A stretch of DNA of 52,571 nt, the filler included, from Catajapyx aquilonaris (lineage: Eukaryota), in the NCBI GenBank assembly GCA_000934665.2. It is 3 parts of 3 records of this genome, joined end to end, with 100 filler letters (N's around TTAATTAATTAA, not from the genome) between each part and the next. Parts side by side here need not be neighbours in the genome. Positions count along the whole stretch, not along the records: positions 1 to 17,520 come from JYFJ02006949.1; 2 more parts are not named here. The stretch is one strand, 5' to 3'. Below the pieces are notes generated by a model. It had not been told where the DNA came from. It searched no databases and was given only the letters and a program-made list of their open reading frames with translations. Shown piece by piece: positions 1-14,182 of the stretch. The stretch's first letter is position 1. The number at the start of each line of letters is the position of its first letter. Made by a program: the position numbers and the translations under genes.

Positions 1-2628
1 GTCAAACTGGGAATCAGTTGGTGAGATAGGGTAAGCGCAGGGAGAAGAGGAGCACCAAATGAGCACCACCGTGCTGCTTCGCTCCTGCCGGCCGTCTGTG
101 TCCAGGATGAATATTTATGCCTCCTAGTTTTGTAGCAGACATTGTTAAAAATAGGGCCATAAACGTCACAACTCTGCACGCTCATGCTTTTGCAATTTGT
201 AAATAATTAAACTTGTAAACTAACACGCAGACTCGCTTGTTTAGTTCTCTAACCATACGTTTGACTTAAATTCTTATTTTATATTGAACGCTTGTTTCCT
301 GCTGGGAAAAGTCTCTTAAGCTTATGTATATATGTAGACTTTACCAACTGTGGGTCGGATCAGTGCATCGATTCGTTCTGCAGTGCAGGAAAACTAAGGC
401 TTTAGCTTGCTACGTATTCCATTCCAGTTTTGTTGTTTCCAAAGCTGGCAAATTGAATAGACACACCATCTCGTTTGTGGAGAAGTGCAAGAAGAAAAAA
501 AGAAATCGGATTCGACGCTTCAGTTTCATGCCAAAAATAAATGGAGGTTTAAAAAAAAGGGAAATGGTATGAGGGCAGACAAAAAAAAGTAGTGAATAGA
601 GAGGCTCCATTGCCAACTTTCTAAACTGCACTGCATTATGGTCCTCTCGATTTGTATAATATTCGTATTTAGAAGCGACGGTGAAAAGCCCTGCACCTGC
701 AAGTTTGGAAGCCTTTATTCCCTATGCACTATTCTAGGGGGGGATGGCCTAACAAAAATGGGAAGGTATTCAGAACCTGCTTCCAAAATCTGGAGATCAA
801 AAGGTTACGGATGAAAACGTGTCAATGAGCAGGTGTGTTTCCTTCTTAAATCAAGACGTGGTTTTTTTTCTCTCTCTTAAAAATTGCAGTATGCAGAAGA
901 TGATTTTTTTTTTCTAGCACTCTAATTTTCTTCCGAAATGTGGGACGCTCATCCATCTTGGCAAAGTAAATCCCTACCAGATTTTTCATTCCTCTGGTTA
1001 CTTCCTGGAGTTAGAATATTGCGAGGTCTTTTTACCACCACATCTTTGATTAAAAAGCCGTCTCCATGGATGCCCCATAAATTCTCCAGACCCTTTTTTT
1101 TGGCTCTTAGAGCAGGACACTTGTTTTCTTACTCTTGCAGCCGATACCTTTTTTTTTTCTTTTTCCAGGCCCCCAAATGAAATTAGGATAGGCAAAACAC
1201 ATTGCACAAAAGCCAGTTGCGTCCGCTTCGTGTGCTTTTCCCCTGGAATAGTGATTGAGGGGCCGGGAAGTAATGGAATATACTTGTGTGGGGCGCAGTA
1301 AACTTGTTTGCCCCATTGCGGTGTTTGAATTGCAAGTTGCCTTGATGCAGGCAGCTTCGTTGGAGAGCTGGTTGTTGTATATGGGTTTTGGTGCTGCCAC
1401 ATTCCTTTCTGGGCGGAGTGATCGTAACCGGAAAATGTTAGGAGATACATCTCTTCAAAGGCCATCTCGTTTTCTGCGAACAAAAGGCGAGCCGACACGT
1501 CCACAAGGCGAGGTGTGGCTATCATTGAAAGGCTTCTCACGTTTTGCCATATATAACTCTTGTTCTTTAATGATGCCAAAAGTCACATCAACATGTACAT
1601 TTTAGGGGGCCAAAGACATTTCACTGATAAATATTTGCGATTTACATACTTCTGATAAGTGCGTAACAATCACTTTTTAAATCTTGTTGAAACGAGCGAA
1701 TTCGTGAATAATTTAAAATGTGATATTAATTTTTATCGACTATTTGCTTAACGCGTTTTGCAATGTGAAAATATGCAAAAAGGCCTACATTTGAAGCCGC
1801 TGATCCAGAAATCACATGTCATTAAAATATTTACGTATACACTAAAAATATTCCAATATTTGCCCATAAAATATATCACAGTAGTTAAAGAAAATGGAAG
1901 CTAATTAATTCAAGCATGGTCTCTCTTCTTCTCCTCTTTTGAATTTTATCCTCGTAGGTCTGATATTTCTCCTTCGTACAAACTGCGCTGAAAGAAATAA
2001 GCGCACTTGCAAAAAAAAAAAAAAAAANAAAAAAAAAAAAAAAAAACGTCTTGGTCTGAACTTGCTAAAAGACTAGGTTACAATGCCTGTCACGAGCTGG
2101 TTTGCATAGTGGAGTCGTTTTACACTTGGCCCCTCTTGTCGGAGATTGAGTGTCCCCCGCCTACTAGGCCTACTACAACTACTAGTACTATTCCTCAGAC
2201 TTGCAAGGCGAGGAAGGGTGCAGAAGCAGCAGTCTCTGAGACTAACATTGGGACCATTACTAAATCATGTTCCGCGAGGAAAGGATTCCGGTCCGGAATA
2301 AAGCGACGCCGGTGGGTTAAACTCTGTTGAATTCACAAGGGCCTCCCCCAACGAAAAATAGTTCAGCTTGATTAATAGCGCAGGAGAGAAGGACTCCTAA
2401 CCGGACCGCTTGCTCAATGTTGTATTGTGCTGTAAAATATGGAACTGCATGCGGTAAGCTATAATTATATCAAATGTATGCTCTGCACTCGGTGCAAGAG
2501 TAATGATCATTTATTTTAATGATGTTGAAAATGGTAGTACATGGTTATGGAAATTATTAAACTGTGTGCTATCCCTAGCACAGCACTGTAACCACATATT
2601 CAAATTGTGATTTATTCGGTTTTACTTA

Positions 2629-2859
2629 CTAGAAATTAGAGATATACCGGTACAGCTGTACCGCCACGGATTTCGTGTAAAAATTTGTCCATCACTCTTC
2701 CTAAATACGCGTATAACGAAATATTAGGAATATTTGACGTTTAACACAACCATATGTTGTCAGTGTGCCAAGTTTCAACTATCAGTATAGTCTAAAAGTG
2801 GGTTGAGTAGCCAGGACATACAAACAAACTTTCTGATCTATTTATTTAAAAATAGTAGA
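2629..2859 (-). mobile_element. Short non-autonomous Helitron (Lep1-like architecture)
   Basis: The minus strand starts TCTACTAT. It ends with hairpin CGGTACAGCTGTACCG, a short spacer and CTAG|T. Internal 'tgtgccaagtttca' and 'acatacaaacaaacttt' motifs are typical of insect non-autonomous Helitrons. Confidence 0.6.
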
Positions 2860-5800
2860 CCTACATGATTGTGATTATACACTTACTCGTACAGTACATG
2901 CTAGTCCCAAAGGAATTCTTGCCAACTTTTATTCAAAAAAATGGCCGTCATATACCTGATGCATGTGTTGCAGTATAGCATTGAATGCAGGTAGAGCCAT
3001 GAAAATAACAATAAGCATTGTATACGCTTTGTGATATGTTCCCCCTGCAATATCGGCGTTCTCTGATTATTACCCATTTTAATGGCCCCCATCTGTGGAC
3101 CTATGAGAAAATAAAATAGGCCTAGCAGATAATTTGATCACGGCCCAGCCTTCCCGTCAGAGCTCATTACGCCACTGAAAAGAGTGCAAAGTAGAGGGAA
3201 ATAAAAAGTGAATAACTGCCGAAGGTTCCTATNGGGGGAAATCCGTGTATTTCGTTTCCTCCCTATAGAGCCAACCAACAGGCCGAGACAAGAGAGACCT
3301 GTTTCTTGTACTCACAGATTAAACGCACTCCAATCCCAGCTCTACTGTTCCGTAATGAAAATCCCCTTATGGTTAGTTTCGTCTGAGAGGAAAAGGGAGA
3401 CCAGACCACTGATTAGAGCATGGTGATCGATACTATCCCTTTTCCCCTTTGTTCTTCTGCGACCGTGATTTCACTCCCAAAATTCGGTTAGAGTGACCCA
3501 TCTTTAGGGTCCAATCTGGTCCAATCTATGATAAGAGAGGAAATCAATTTGTACAAGAAGCGTATATATTCGGGTGAATAATGTATAGCAGGTAACGGTT
3601 TCAAGTCATCGGGTTACCATCCAGGACCGACCTTTCGGTTGCCAAAACCAGTAAGGCACTCCTCTAGGTCCCTGGAAGTAACGCTCCGTTTCATTTTAAT
3701 TACTTTCTAGTCGAGAAGAAGGGGAATTAGTCAATGGAAAGGCGCCCCGAAAGAGCAATCTACCCTCGGTGGCCGCTCTAAGAAGTCATTTTCTCTGACA
3801 ACGCCGGCAAAATTAGTACTTGGGCCTAATTATAAAGGAGGAGGAAAAGGCCTGGTTGTAACTGGGGCGAATTGGCCAATTCGGGGGGGNGGGGGGGCTG
3901 AAAAACTTTTGTTGGAATATCCTAAGGGGAGGGTATGTAACCCACGTGTACGGAGTCCGGGGGACATCTATTTCGTCCAGTAGGGAAAGAGGGGAAAAAA
4001 AATTTAGAGACAGCTTCTGATTGGATGAGAAAAGTTTTTCCATTATTGGCAGCTCGTACTCTGAAAACTTTAAATGAATAAAAAATATTCACTAACAAGT
4101 ACAATGTAAGTTGAATTTCTGAACCGTGAAAAAGACTGCTTTATGCACATGCAGGAGAACTTGGGATATACTCTTGTAGGGCTATATTCATTTATCTGTA
4201 TGAAATAATATATTTACCCATCACAGTTGAAAATTTTTATTCGCAATTCATTAGTAGGCCTAAATGCAGATAAATGAACAAATATATTCACCTGAGTGCA
4301 TAAGATAGTGTGATCTGTCAATCAAAAAATTGATGCACCTTGTGAATATATTTTTGACGCATTTTAAAATTTTGTTGAGCTCATAAACATTGTGGTTGGG
4401 ATCTCCTGAGCTCTCAACCACAACTATTCAACGACAAAGCCCCGTATGAACCCATTCTTAAAGGTTCGAATATTTCCCATACCGTAACGGAGCACCTTAG
4501 AAATCAGATATAATTTTTTTTTTTTGAAGGGGCGGCTTCAGACACACGCTAGGGCTTCGACCCCCACCTTTTCTCTCTCTCTCTCTCATGGATGATTTAT
4601 GAAGCGTTCGGTAGGCCTATTGAGCGACATGCGAGATGCGAGCAAGATGTTCCAGCCGAGTCTCGACAGCCATATTTGGAGGGGGGCTGATGACCATCAC
4701 AGGGATCGTCGGCTGTCCTGCGCCATGAGTTAAAATTGTCCCAAAAATGGAGCCCCGAGCTGCATAAAATGCTTTAAGGTCTGCCTGTGCCACCTGCACT
4801 TTTATCAGCCGTCAGTTGCTCGTACAGTGCAGATATAATCTAATCGAAAGAATCGAAGCCGTCGGCATTGAATATGTAAAATATTAAACCCGTAAATAAT
4901 ATATATCGGCGCGATACAACGTCTGCACTATATAGAACTGTGAAGGTTAGGGTAACTTTAACCTTGCTAGAGTGCTACGTTTGTCCGAAACTTTTTTTTT
5001 CGCGTAGTAGTAGTAGTAGGTTCAAGTGCAAAGTTATACGGGGGATGGTCTCTGCGGGTTCGGTTTATTGGGAATCAACAGAATGATGGCATTCCTACAC
5101 TGGCAGACGACGTTCATCGTTATAATGTGCGGTCTTTAATTAGCAACCCCCTGTAGATGAATCAATATAACCTAAGGACTGTGCATACAAATTGTGAATA
5201 ACTGCAGTTACCAGCTTTGGATGAGTAGTATCTAGTCCTCTTTTTGGTGGCAGCTTCATTACAGAGAGGATATAAAAAGTGGCGGGGGATAATGAATGCA
5301 AATGTCATTAGATGTTTAAAAGTGTGACAAGCTATGCATAAATGGGGAGGTCAAAAGGTTTGTGGTATGGGATATTTGTGTATAGGTCTGCGAATTTAAT
5401 GCAAGCTCCACCTGTATACCGGATTGGACCGCTTTGCATTTCAACATCTATGCAGTGTTGGGTCACTTTGTTTACATCCGGCGAAAAGCTGCTGCAACCC
5501 GGATTTCTGCTCTGCGCAAATATTCATCTGCATAGTCACAATTTTAGCGCGATAGCAATATTCTTGCCCTATATTATGCTGAGCTCCCGGTTTTTCAAAA
5601 ATATTTTCCCGATAGCACCGGATTTTACAATAGAAATGTTTTGCTTATCGGTGCATGGGTGTTGTAGGTAAATGTTAACATTGAAAATAAGAATCGCCCA
5701 GGATTGTTTTGCAACATTGCTGTACTGTGTCTGAATAGGATAATTGGCTATTCGTGTCACCAATTTAAACGCTAATGGGCTCCCACCCACCATTTTGAAT

Positions 5801-8800
5801 ATGTCAAATATGGCGTCGCTTTTGATATTGTAACCCGAATCAATAACGAAAACAAAACTGTATGTTCCTTATACAGTCGCAGGTGTTTTTAAATGTCATC
5901 CTGCACTACCACTGATTAAAGTGCGGTCGGAGGGATGTCTCTAGCTTTGTAGTTTTATAGGCAATTATTTCCACAACATGTAATTGAAGTCATAAACCAC
6001 TGGAGACTCGGGCACGTGATCTAAACCCTAGTGCTCAAGAGTTTTAGTCAGACGAACGGTATACGGTGTAAGCATGACCACTGTATTCATCAGGGACTTA
6101 TCTGGTGAGGATCAGTAAAAGCGAGTAATGATAGTCCCTGCAAACACAAGCACAAAAGCTGTCGTTGGCCGTGTTTGCCTTTCTCTTTGCTGCTAGGTCG
6201 GCTCTACTGCTGGGTGGTGTTTGGAGAATGCAATCCAGTTCGGGGGGCAGTTTGGACGCTTCAAAAACAGCCTGGAACATGGGTATTTGTGCAAAAAAAG
6301 TGTACTAATTACTTAATTGTTGACGGAAAAAAACTGCAAGATTTGAATGGGAAAGTGCACACCTTGCCCTCCTCAAGCCCTTTTCCCCTATTTGCCTTAC
6401 GCTAGCAAGCCTTTACTCCGGAACGCCTAATTTCGCACAACTTTCAGGGAGTTTGTGTGACAGGAAAGGCAAGGCGGCATTATGCAAATTTCAAACTAAA
6501 TGATGGATTAGTAAAATCAGGCGGCTCTTATAAATTTTGCAAGGAAAAAAAAGCGAGAGAGACCCGTTTTCTATGGACCATCAGATCGGAGAAAGATCAA
6601 CGAGCCCTAATGTGCGCCACTGTAAACACATGGCATTACCCTCAACGTCAATTAGTGGGCCTCACTTAAATAATGTCTAATTTTGCAAGCCTTACGACAT
6701 TATAACCATCTGCGCAGTTTTGCTTGTGGCAAACATGATGGGGTACGGAGGTAACGGGGAATGTTTTGCAATTACAGTCAGGGGGGAAATGTTGCTGAGA
6801 AGGAAATTTTTTGGGTTCAGAAGTATGATGCCATATTTGCTTTTCAGGAATGCAAACTGGCTTAGGAAGAATTCCGTTTTTACGAAGTTTGCAGAAGGAT
6901 TTGTGCGTCGCGGTGCAGTTGTTTTTATCACTTTCTCGATACTGTGTGCGGTTTTCATGGCTGCATGCTCCCATGGAAAGGAATGGGTGCAGTACCTCCT
7001 GCAAGATTAAAACTTCAACGACGCCCTCAGGTGCTGCCACGCTGTTTTAAGATTGTATGCATCGCAAGACGGCAAAAAATACTCATCGGTGGAAACTGCA
7101 GCATGTTCACACTCGAGCAAATTAGGCAGTAAATTAGGCGGCTTCATTGCGATTATCATATTTCTCGGAGCTGAACGACGTCATTGCGGAAATTTTTGTC
7201 ACTGGGGAAACTTTTTTAAGGGTGAGTCGCATTGAGTATTTTTAATAAAGGCGTTGAACTACTGCAGCAGCGCGTGACTCCGAAGTATTGTGTAATGTGT
7301 GGTCTGAATGCTGTTACTGTACTACGGAGAGTCAATGAAAGTCAAGTGCTATATACAGTAGGTGAAATAACGCTTGTACAGTGTGTAGTAGGCGTACGAA
7401 CTATATTGTTTCTGAGAGTACAAAAAAAAACACCCGCACTGCCTACATAGACCGAACAGAACAAGTGTACTGGAATAATCTATTTTAGGGAGGAATTTGA
7501 GCACAATGTTACTGGCGATAACAATGTTATCGACCATAATTAGCTGCAATTTTACATTCCGAAAATTCTATATAAAAAAAGTTTTTAGCTGGGCCTCGAA
7601 ACTGTAGTGGTTTAAAAATAGTTGCTGGAGTATGTTTCAGGTGTACACTATATTGTACTGTATAATGTGGTTGTTTAACGTAACTGTAAGCCTTTTCTTT
7701 GCCAAGAAGTGAGAGACAGAATATAGCCGCATGCTTTTTTTTTGAACAAGTACGTATATATTAATTTAAGTGCATCAACTTTTATAGCCTAGCTAAGAGG
7801 AAATTTGCTAAAAGAATTAAAGCTCTTTAAATGAGCTTTGTAGTTAACAGCCTGCTGGTGTGTTAATGAAGGTTTCAGCGGGACAGCAAAGTTTGGTTTA
7901 AAAATGAAATATTGAGCAGCAGGTACCGAAAAAATAACCTGGCGAAGAATCATCCAACCAACCCTAGTTTTCTCTACGCCACGAGCCTCGAAGCTACAAT
8001 AGAGTGTATTTATCCAACGCACACGCACGCATAGTCGAACCTGCTGGAAGCCTGTACGGGCCAGAGATTAAATTTATAGAGGGGTGGTATACGGTCCCAA
8101 CACACACAGACTGCATTCCTTGTCATCGTCGGCACATTCCCACTGAGTGATGTTACACCATGCAACGTAACGCATAAAAGCAGGGGTCCACCCCCCAAAA
8201 ATGCAATGTTGGTATCGACCAAAACCGACGGCAGAGACATACGCCGATGATTAGAGGGCGTGTAATGCACGGTGGCCCCCATGGTGCAGCAGAGAGTGGC
8301 TAGGGTCGGGACTTTCAAAAGGATTTTCCCAGCATGCGGAGCATAGTTAATGTGTGGATACATGGGAAGCAGTTGCGAGGAAAGAGATGCGGTCCATAAA
8401 TCCACGCGTGGCGTCGCTGCGGGCGGCCTTTGCGGTCCAATCGCAGAGCAAAATGGCGAGGGGTCCCGACAGGACACGGGGGGAGAAAATGACCGGGGTG
8501 TTGTCTAGAAATGAGGTTCGTCCCGGGAACTGCCCCCATGCCGAGCCTCTTCTTAATGGACGGCCGGCAATTAAGGTGGTTGGAGAGTATAGAGAGGGAG
8601 AGTTGGACGCGCGCAATCGCAGGGGTGGACGCGCGGAATATACGCCGCGTGGGGCTCGTCCAGACGGGGACAGAATCGGGGCCTGATTGTCCGCTGTGTG
8701 GTAGCTCCGATTTGGGAGGTCTGTTGGGTCACATTGGTGGGAACTGGGAGGACATATTTTGATTATAAACATGGCGGATGTAGGGCAAGGTTTTTGCTTA

Positions 8801-11800
8801 AAGAGTGAGCAGTTATTTGGCCGAAAATAATCCAGTTCGCTAAGAATCTGCAAATAAATGTGACTCTTGTTTTGGGTGCAAATGGCACCTGGAATAACTT
8901 GCTGGTAAAATCAGTTATTTTTAGTCCAAAACTATTCAAATGTTTTGAGAGTACGGTATGTTTAACGCCCCATGGTGCAGCGACGGTAATTTTTTCAAAC
9001 CAAGCGCGTAACTGTCAAAATCCTGGAGATCAAAAATAATGGAGATGATTTGCTAATTGCATCGTCAAACTGGAGATTTTCAGACTAATATGTGCAGTTC
9101 CTGTGAGCTGCACTTCACTGCACAATGTGTACTCACAGTCAGTTATACAATTCAAAGTATGGTCAACTGAAGCACTGGTTTTCTCCCTCAAATAAATAGG
9201 CATGTACTACAGTGAGGAAAGCCCCAGGCTGACAGGAGAAATATTTGTTTGCTGTTTCAGTGTTTAAATAATAGGTACAGGTAGCCCACGTTCTACTGCG
9301 AGGTTAGGTTCCAGCTGAATAGTCGTAAAGTGAAACGTTTAACCGAGATTATTATTATGCAATTGAATGGGATATGATCCCAAAAATTTCCAAATTGTTC
9401 CAAGTATACAGGCCAGCATGGTCACTGAAATAATGTTGTAGTAATATTCCTTGAAGGACCTATTTCCTGACGCACGTGCCACTCTGTCAAAGGCTGACAT
9501 TCCCTGAACCTGGTCTTCCACGGCGCGAATTCTTTGCACCAAGTTCTATTACACCATTCCATTGAGTTGAATTTACTGGGTGCGATTTATGACACCATCT
9601 TTAATATTCCGCGCTATTCTTTGCCCCGTCTGGCTATAAGTTAGTGCCATGAAGCATTTCCTAATGCCCTTGCAATATACACCTGCGAATGGCAAGCATG
9701 CAAAACGTTCCCTGAATGCATTTGATACAGCCTCCAGCAGGCAACAACAACAACAAAATATCAAAGCGCAGAAAATTCTCACACAGGTTCCTTTCCCTCC
9801 CCCCCCCCNCCCCCCCTCGTTTTTTTGGAACGCTTTGAATAGGCGAGATGAGAGCTCACATTTGGCGCAAATAGATTTGGAGCATTTTTGTAGCACCCCC
9901 GCCTGCTCTTTGTGATGCCTTCGCAAGTTGTCAGGTTTGTTTAGAAAGCATTGTGCCGAGCAGATAAATAAGCTGTGTTGCGCCCAGTTTAAAAATGGAA
10001 TGGCAGCGCGTCTCTCGGAGAGTTTGTTTCCACCCTCCCTCACCGAACCCTTGACGCACTGTGGGAACAAAGGAATGTATCTCATTGCTTTGCTTCACAC
10101 TCTCCTATACTTCTGCCCATCAATATTTTTCCCAGCAGGGCACGGGGAAAAAAATATATGTCCCGAATCTTCAGGCGCTGGAGAATATCAGTTTTCCTGG
10201 TGCAATAACGTTTTCGGAGGACCGTGAATAACCCTGGCTGCACAATCTGACGTGGGCGTGGGTGGAAATATACACTCGGAAAAAGGATTGTGGGATTGTA
10301 CGCGATTTGGATGTCAGTGTAAACTAACCGAGCTGTATTACTAGGGGCCAATAAATTGAGTGGCACAGCAGGTGAATATACCCTACCCAAGAATGTACTG
10401 TAAGTAGGGCCGCACTGTCTGGAGCCAGCTTTGTTTACCAACACCCGAACCCTCCGGAATCTGTCCGATGGGGCTATTCATCGTGATTAGGCCCTTTTCC
10501 TTCGGGAAGTTTGTATAGCAGTGCATATTTTGCAGCAGAAAAGCTATTACCAGAATTGCTTAATTAGGATAAAATATAACCGGGCTCGACAGGGAAGGAT
10601 AGTCCGCACGAACGTCAAAAAGCAGCCTGTAATCGACTAATGGCATTCTAATGAAGGTGTAGGAATTTATCGCCTCGTTCATTCGCATAACGCCTCTCCG
10701 ACACCATCGGAAATTAATAAATAATATTAGTAAATAATACAGGCTATACCCGAAGCCTGTAACTCCATTAAGTTCGCCTTTTTAAAAATCTGGTTAGAAA
10801 ATTGGGGGGACATAATTATGCACCTCCTGGTTCACGAAGAGATTAAAGCGCTGTAGGATCTATTGAGCGGAAAAAAATCTATCATTACAACTAGCAGAGC
10901 ACTCTAATCAGCATCCTCATTATGAACTTCTACAAACAGCAAATCTGAAAGATGATGGGTATGTTGCAGTGATACCTATATGTTGACAGCCACCTGTCTC
11001 ATTCACTAAAAGAAGACAAGCCTGTGGGTTTGAAATTTCTTTGCAGGTACATCACGTTCAATAAGGCGGATTGTGATTCATGGGAGACCGGAGTCTGGTC
11101 CCGATACACCAGCTTGTTTGTCGACTTTCTCCCCCCCTGAGCTCTGGATCAGGCCTTTGGCAATTCGGTGCTGGAAAACCGAGTTTCTCTCTATACAGTA
11201 TAGCTTGAACTGCAAGCGAGCTTGGTAAGGGGTGTGTGTGCGTTACAGGCAACCAGGAAAAGGGAAGGGGGGTGGGGTTGAGGGGGACACAAATCCTGGA
11301 TTATGGAGCCCCTGTAGTGTTTGGGATTTGGTGCAGAAGTGACTGCTCAAATGGACCTCCATTTGCAAGCGGTGGGGAGGAGTCGCGAGTAATCCTTTGT
11401 GTTTATGCGCGGAGATTACAATGTGCTACTTATACAAGCCCGCTAAAGAAGGGCAATAAATAGCTGTCCTTCTTGCCAATCCTGCAACAGCTGAGGCCCT
11501 GTCTTCTGCAATTATTCCGAACATAAATATATTTATATGGATATGCACAAATGCTTCAATAAGATTTTGTTTCACTCTGGCATGATGCAACCCAACGATT
11601 TGTATAATCTATACAGCCAACACTTACTGTAACTGCAAAGTGTGCATAATTCTCCAACATATTAACAGTTTTGCCTTCATGCGACTGCACAACATTGGAC
11701 TTTGCAGTTAACAATGCAAATATAATCAACATCCTTGTCCTAGCCCATATCTTATTAGGTCAACAGCGCATGTGCATATTTTATGACGCCTCCAGCCGGT

Positions 11801-11949
11801 GAGTGTACCGATAAGCACCGCTGCCATAATGAAAACCGTGCTTCAACTACATTCGACCAGAGCAGCACAAACACCGCGCGTAATTTAGTGGATACATATA
11901 TACACACAGGGTGAGTTAGAACAACCGTGTGTCTCTAGATTGGCCCAAA

Positions 11950-12790
11950 ACACCGGTAGACGTCCTCCTGGCAATGCGGAGGATTCCATGGCAGCCCCAT
12001 CTCCCCCATTGAGCCGGCCTTTTGGTCTCCATTAGAGCAGATTATATCAGCTAACCACATCTCTGATAGGAGACGAGGCACGTAATGATGGTGAACTAAC
12101 TGAGTCCCCGTTTTCCCTTACGCCCTGGGAGAGCATAGTTTCTCCAGCAAGCCAAGGCACTTGGGGGGGACTGGAGGCCATGAATAGAAGGCTGCTGCCA
12201 GGCCTACCCAGAAGTGGCGTCGCCAAGAGACTAGCTCCAGAAAGTAGCCTACTGCGCCATACTCGAGAGGTGGCCCATTCAGAGCTGCGCCTCGGGTTAT
12301 TGCCCATCAAGGCTGGGGTGATGGCAAGTCCGATATTGTCCTCAGCACACACACGCACGCATTTGGACCCGGCTTACACCACACTCAAAAACCTCCGGCC
12401 TCAATTGGCACTAGGGACCGACCGACCCCTCGGTTGCTGTTGGTTGCTGGAGGAGAGATTCCCTAAGATTGTGGGCCGAATTGCACTTTTATGCTCGGAG
12501 GGGTGATGGATTCGCCCAAGTCGATTGGGGAGATCGCGATTAGATTTTGTTGGGTGTAACGGGTCAAGTGCGTGACTTGGGTTTGGAACCAGGCGGATAT
12601 AGGAGTGCATTACTCATGACCTTTTGAGCCGACAAAGGGCCAGGTTCCATTTAGGAGTTGGATGAACCACTCTTCCCGAGGCCGATAGCCATTGGGAGAT
12701 ATTAATTGGAGTTAGAGCCCCTTTTACACTGCTATTTCATTGGGTGAAACTGCAGAAGGAATTCTTAAGAGTCATCGGCAATCCTCGTGT
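11950..12790 (+). mobile_element. Possible decayed non-LTR retrotransposon fragment
   Basis: GC-rich block with broken frames and a P..GGL-like peptide reminiscent of post-RT regions. No RT motif was recognised. Confidence 0.2.
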
Positions 12791-12977
12791 GTAAAAAGGG
12801 TTTTTTGACGGCTCAGTTGCCTTAACGGGGCTATTCTGCTAGTTCGTGACGTAATATCCTGTGGAAAACGAGTTCTGGTTGGCTACTTGTTACACATCAA
12901 ATAAACGGGAAAAGAAGGATTCCGAAGAACTGATTTCTGCGAAAGAAATAACTGTTTATTAGTTTGAATAGTGTTTT

Positions 12978-13139
12978 ACTACCACTTTCAGAAAGGGACG
13001 TGACGTATGATGACGTTTCATAAAGCACCAATCAGACGCACGATCCTCTCCCTTCCACCCAATGAGCTTCAAGTATCCCATCTGATTGGTTCATTATGAA
13101 ACATCATCATACGTCACGTCCCTTTCTGAAACTGGTCGT
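12978..13139. mobile_element. Palindromic MITE
   Basis: ~60-bp near-perfect inverted arms (ACCACTTTCAGAAAGGGACGTGACGTATGATG... / ...CATCATACGTCACGTCCCTTTCTGAAACTGGT) around a short spacer. Confidence 0.75.
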
Positions 13140-13840
13140 GCTTTAGCAACTACCTCAACAAGTGATTGTTGCTTTTCAGGGCAATACTTGGCATGATGCT
13201 GATTTTTTTTTGCAGCCAATATCATTACTGATCCATCAAAAAAAGAGTTTCAGGCGAAGTTATTATCATGCTTACAGTATATACACTGTTCGAACGATAC
13301 GTTCATGACATGATTGTTATTCAAACATGTGACGGAATGTATCGATTTAATATCGGGAAGAGTATTGGCCAAAAAGAAAAATGTGGGCGAGCACTGTTGG
13401 TAGGGAAATATTTTAACTGGAATTTTAATCAAATAAATACGCCAGAGGGGATTAAAGAAAACTGTGCTTGCTTTGCTGAGGCCTCGTTATCGCTTACATG
13501 CTGAGGTGTTGGGGGATGGGAAGTGGGACAATTTCAGCGCATCTTGTTGGATTTGCGGGTGCAAAGCCTCGCGATACTTTATCCAGACAAACGGGAGGAA
13601 GTCTCTCCTTAAGCTTTTGGCGGTTACGTGCAGTCCGTGTTCAGGTCGGATTGGTAGACGTCACCAGGGGGGGAAAGCCCTGGGAAGCATTTATTCGCGT
13701 CATGCATAAGCTACTGCACCATGTTCTAGCCTAGTCGCGGGAAGGCCTCGAAAGACAAGCTCTGTTGCCGATCATTGCGTGTCGCCAGAAGCTTCACAAA
13801 AACTGGGGCTTCTTATTAAATGTTAAAGCAGCAGCGCGTA

Positions 13841-14182
13841 CTACATGTCAATATCATGGGACTGTAGCTCCGAGTGGACGACCGATTTCATAGTATAGGA
13901 CTGTTCAGAAAAGGATCTTACACAGCTTTTGTCAAAATGGTTGCCACATTTATTTAGCTTCATTGTTGGAATAAACCTGTTAGAAGCAATAAGCCACTTG
14001 AGCTGCTCAAAATGTCGACGGATTTTCTTTCTCTGGGGTATAACTCTGAAAGTCTGTGAACCGGAATATTTCCTGTACTGTATACGAGACGCGTTTCTGA
14101 AATGATGTTTGCAATGTACGGCTTTAGGAAACGTGTTATTACCTTCCACCGACTGTTTACAGGAAGCATGAACCTCAGCCAT
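13841..14182 (-). mobile_element. Possible decayed hAT transposase fragment
   Basis: SCVRSFS resembles the hAT dimerisation motif CERSFS, and LQSHDID resembles hAT LQSxxID. Otherwise degenerate. Confidence 0.2.

Noticed and set aside
998..1605. 193-aa and 116-aa opposing ORFs
   Set aside because: No recognisable motif, and they run through homopolymer tracts typical of non-coding DNA.
8010..8853. Overlapping 110-168-aa ORFs in a GC-rich patch
   Set aside because: ORFs on both strands with no domain or splice support, as expected from GC content alone.
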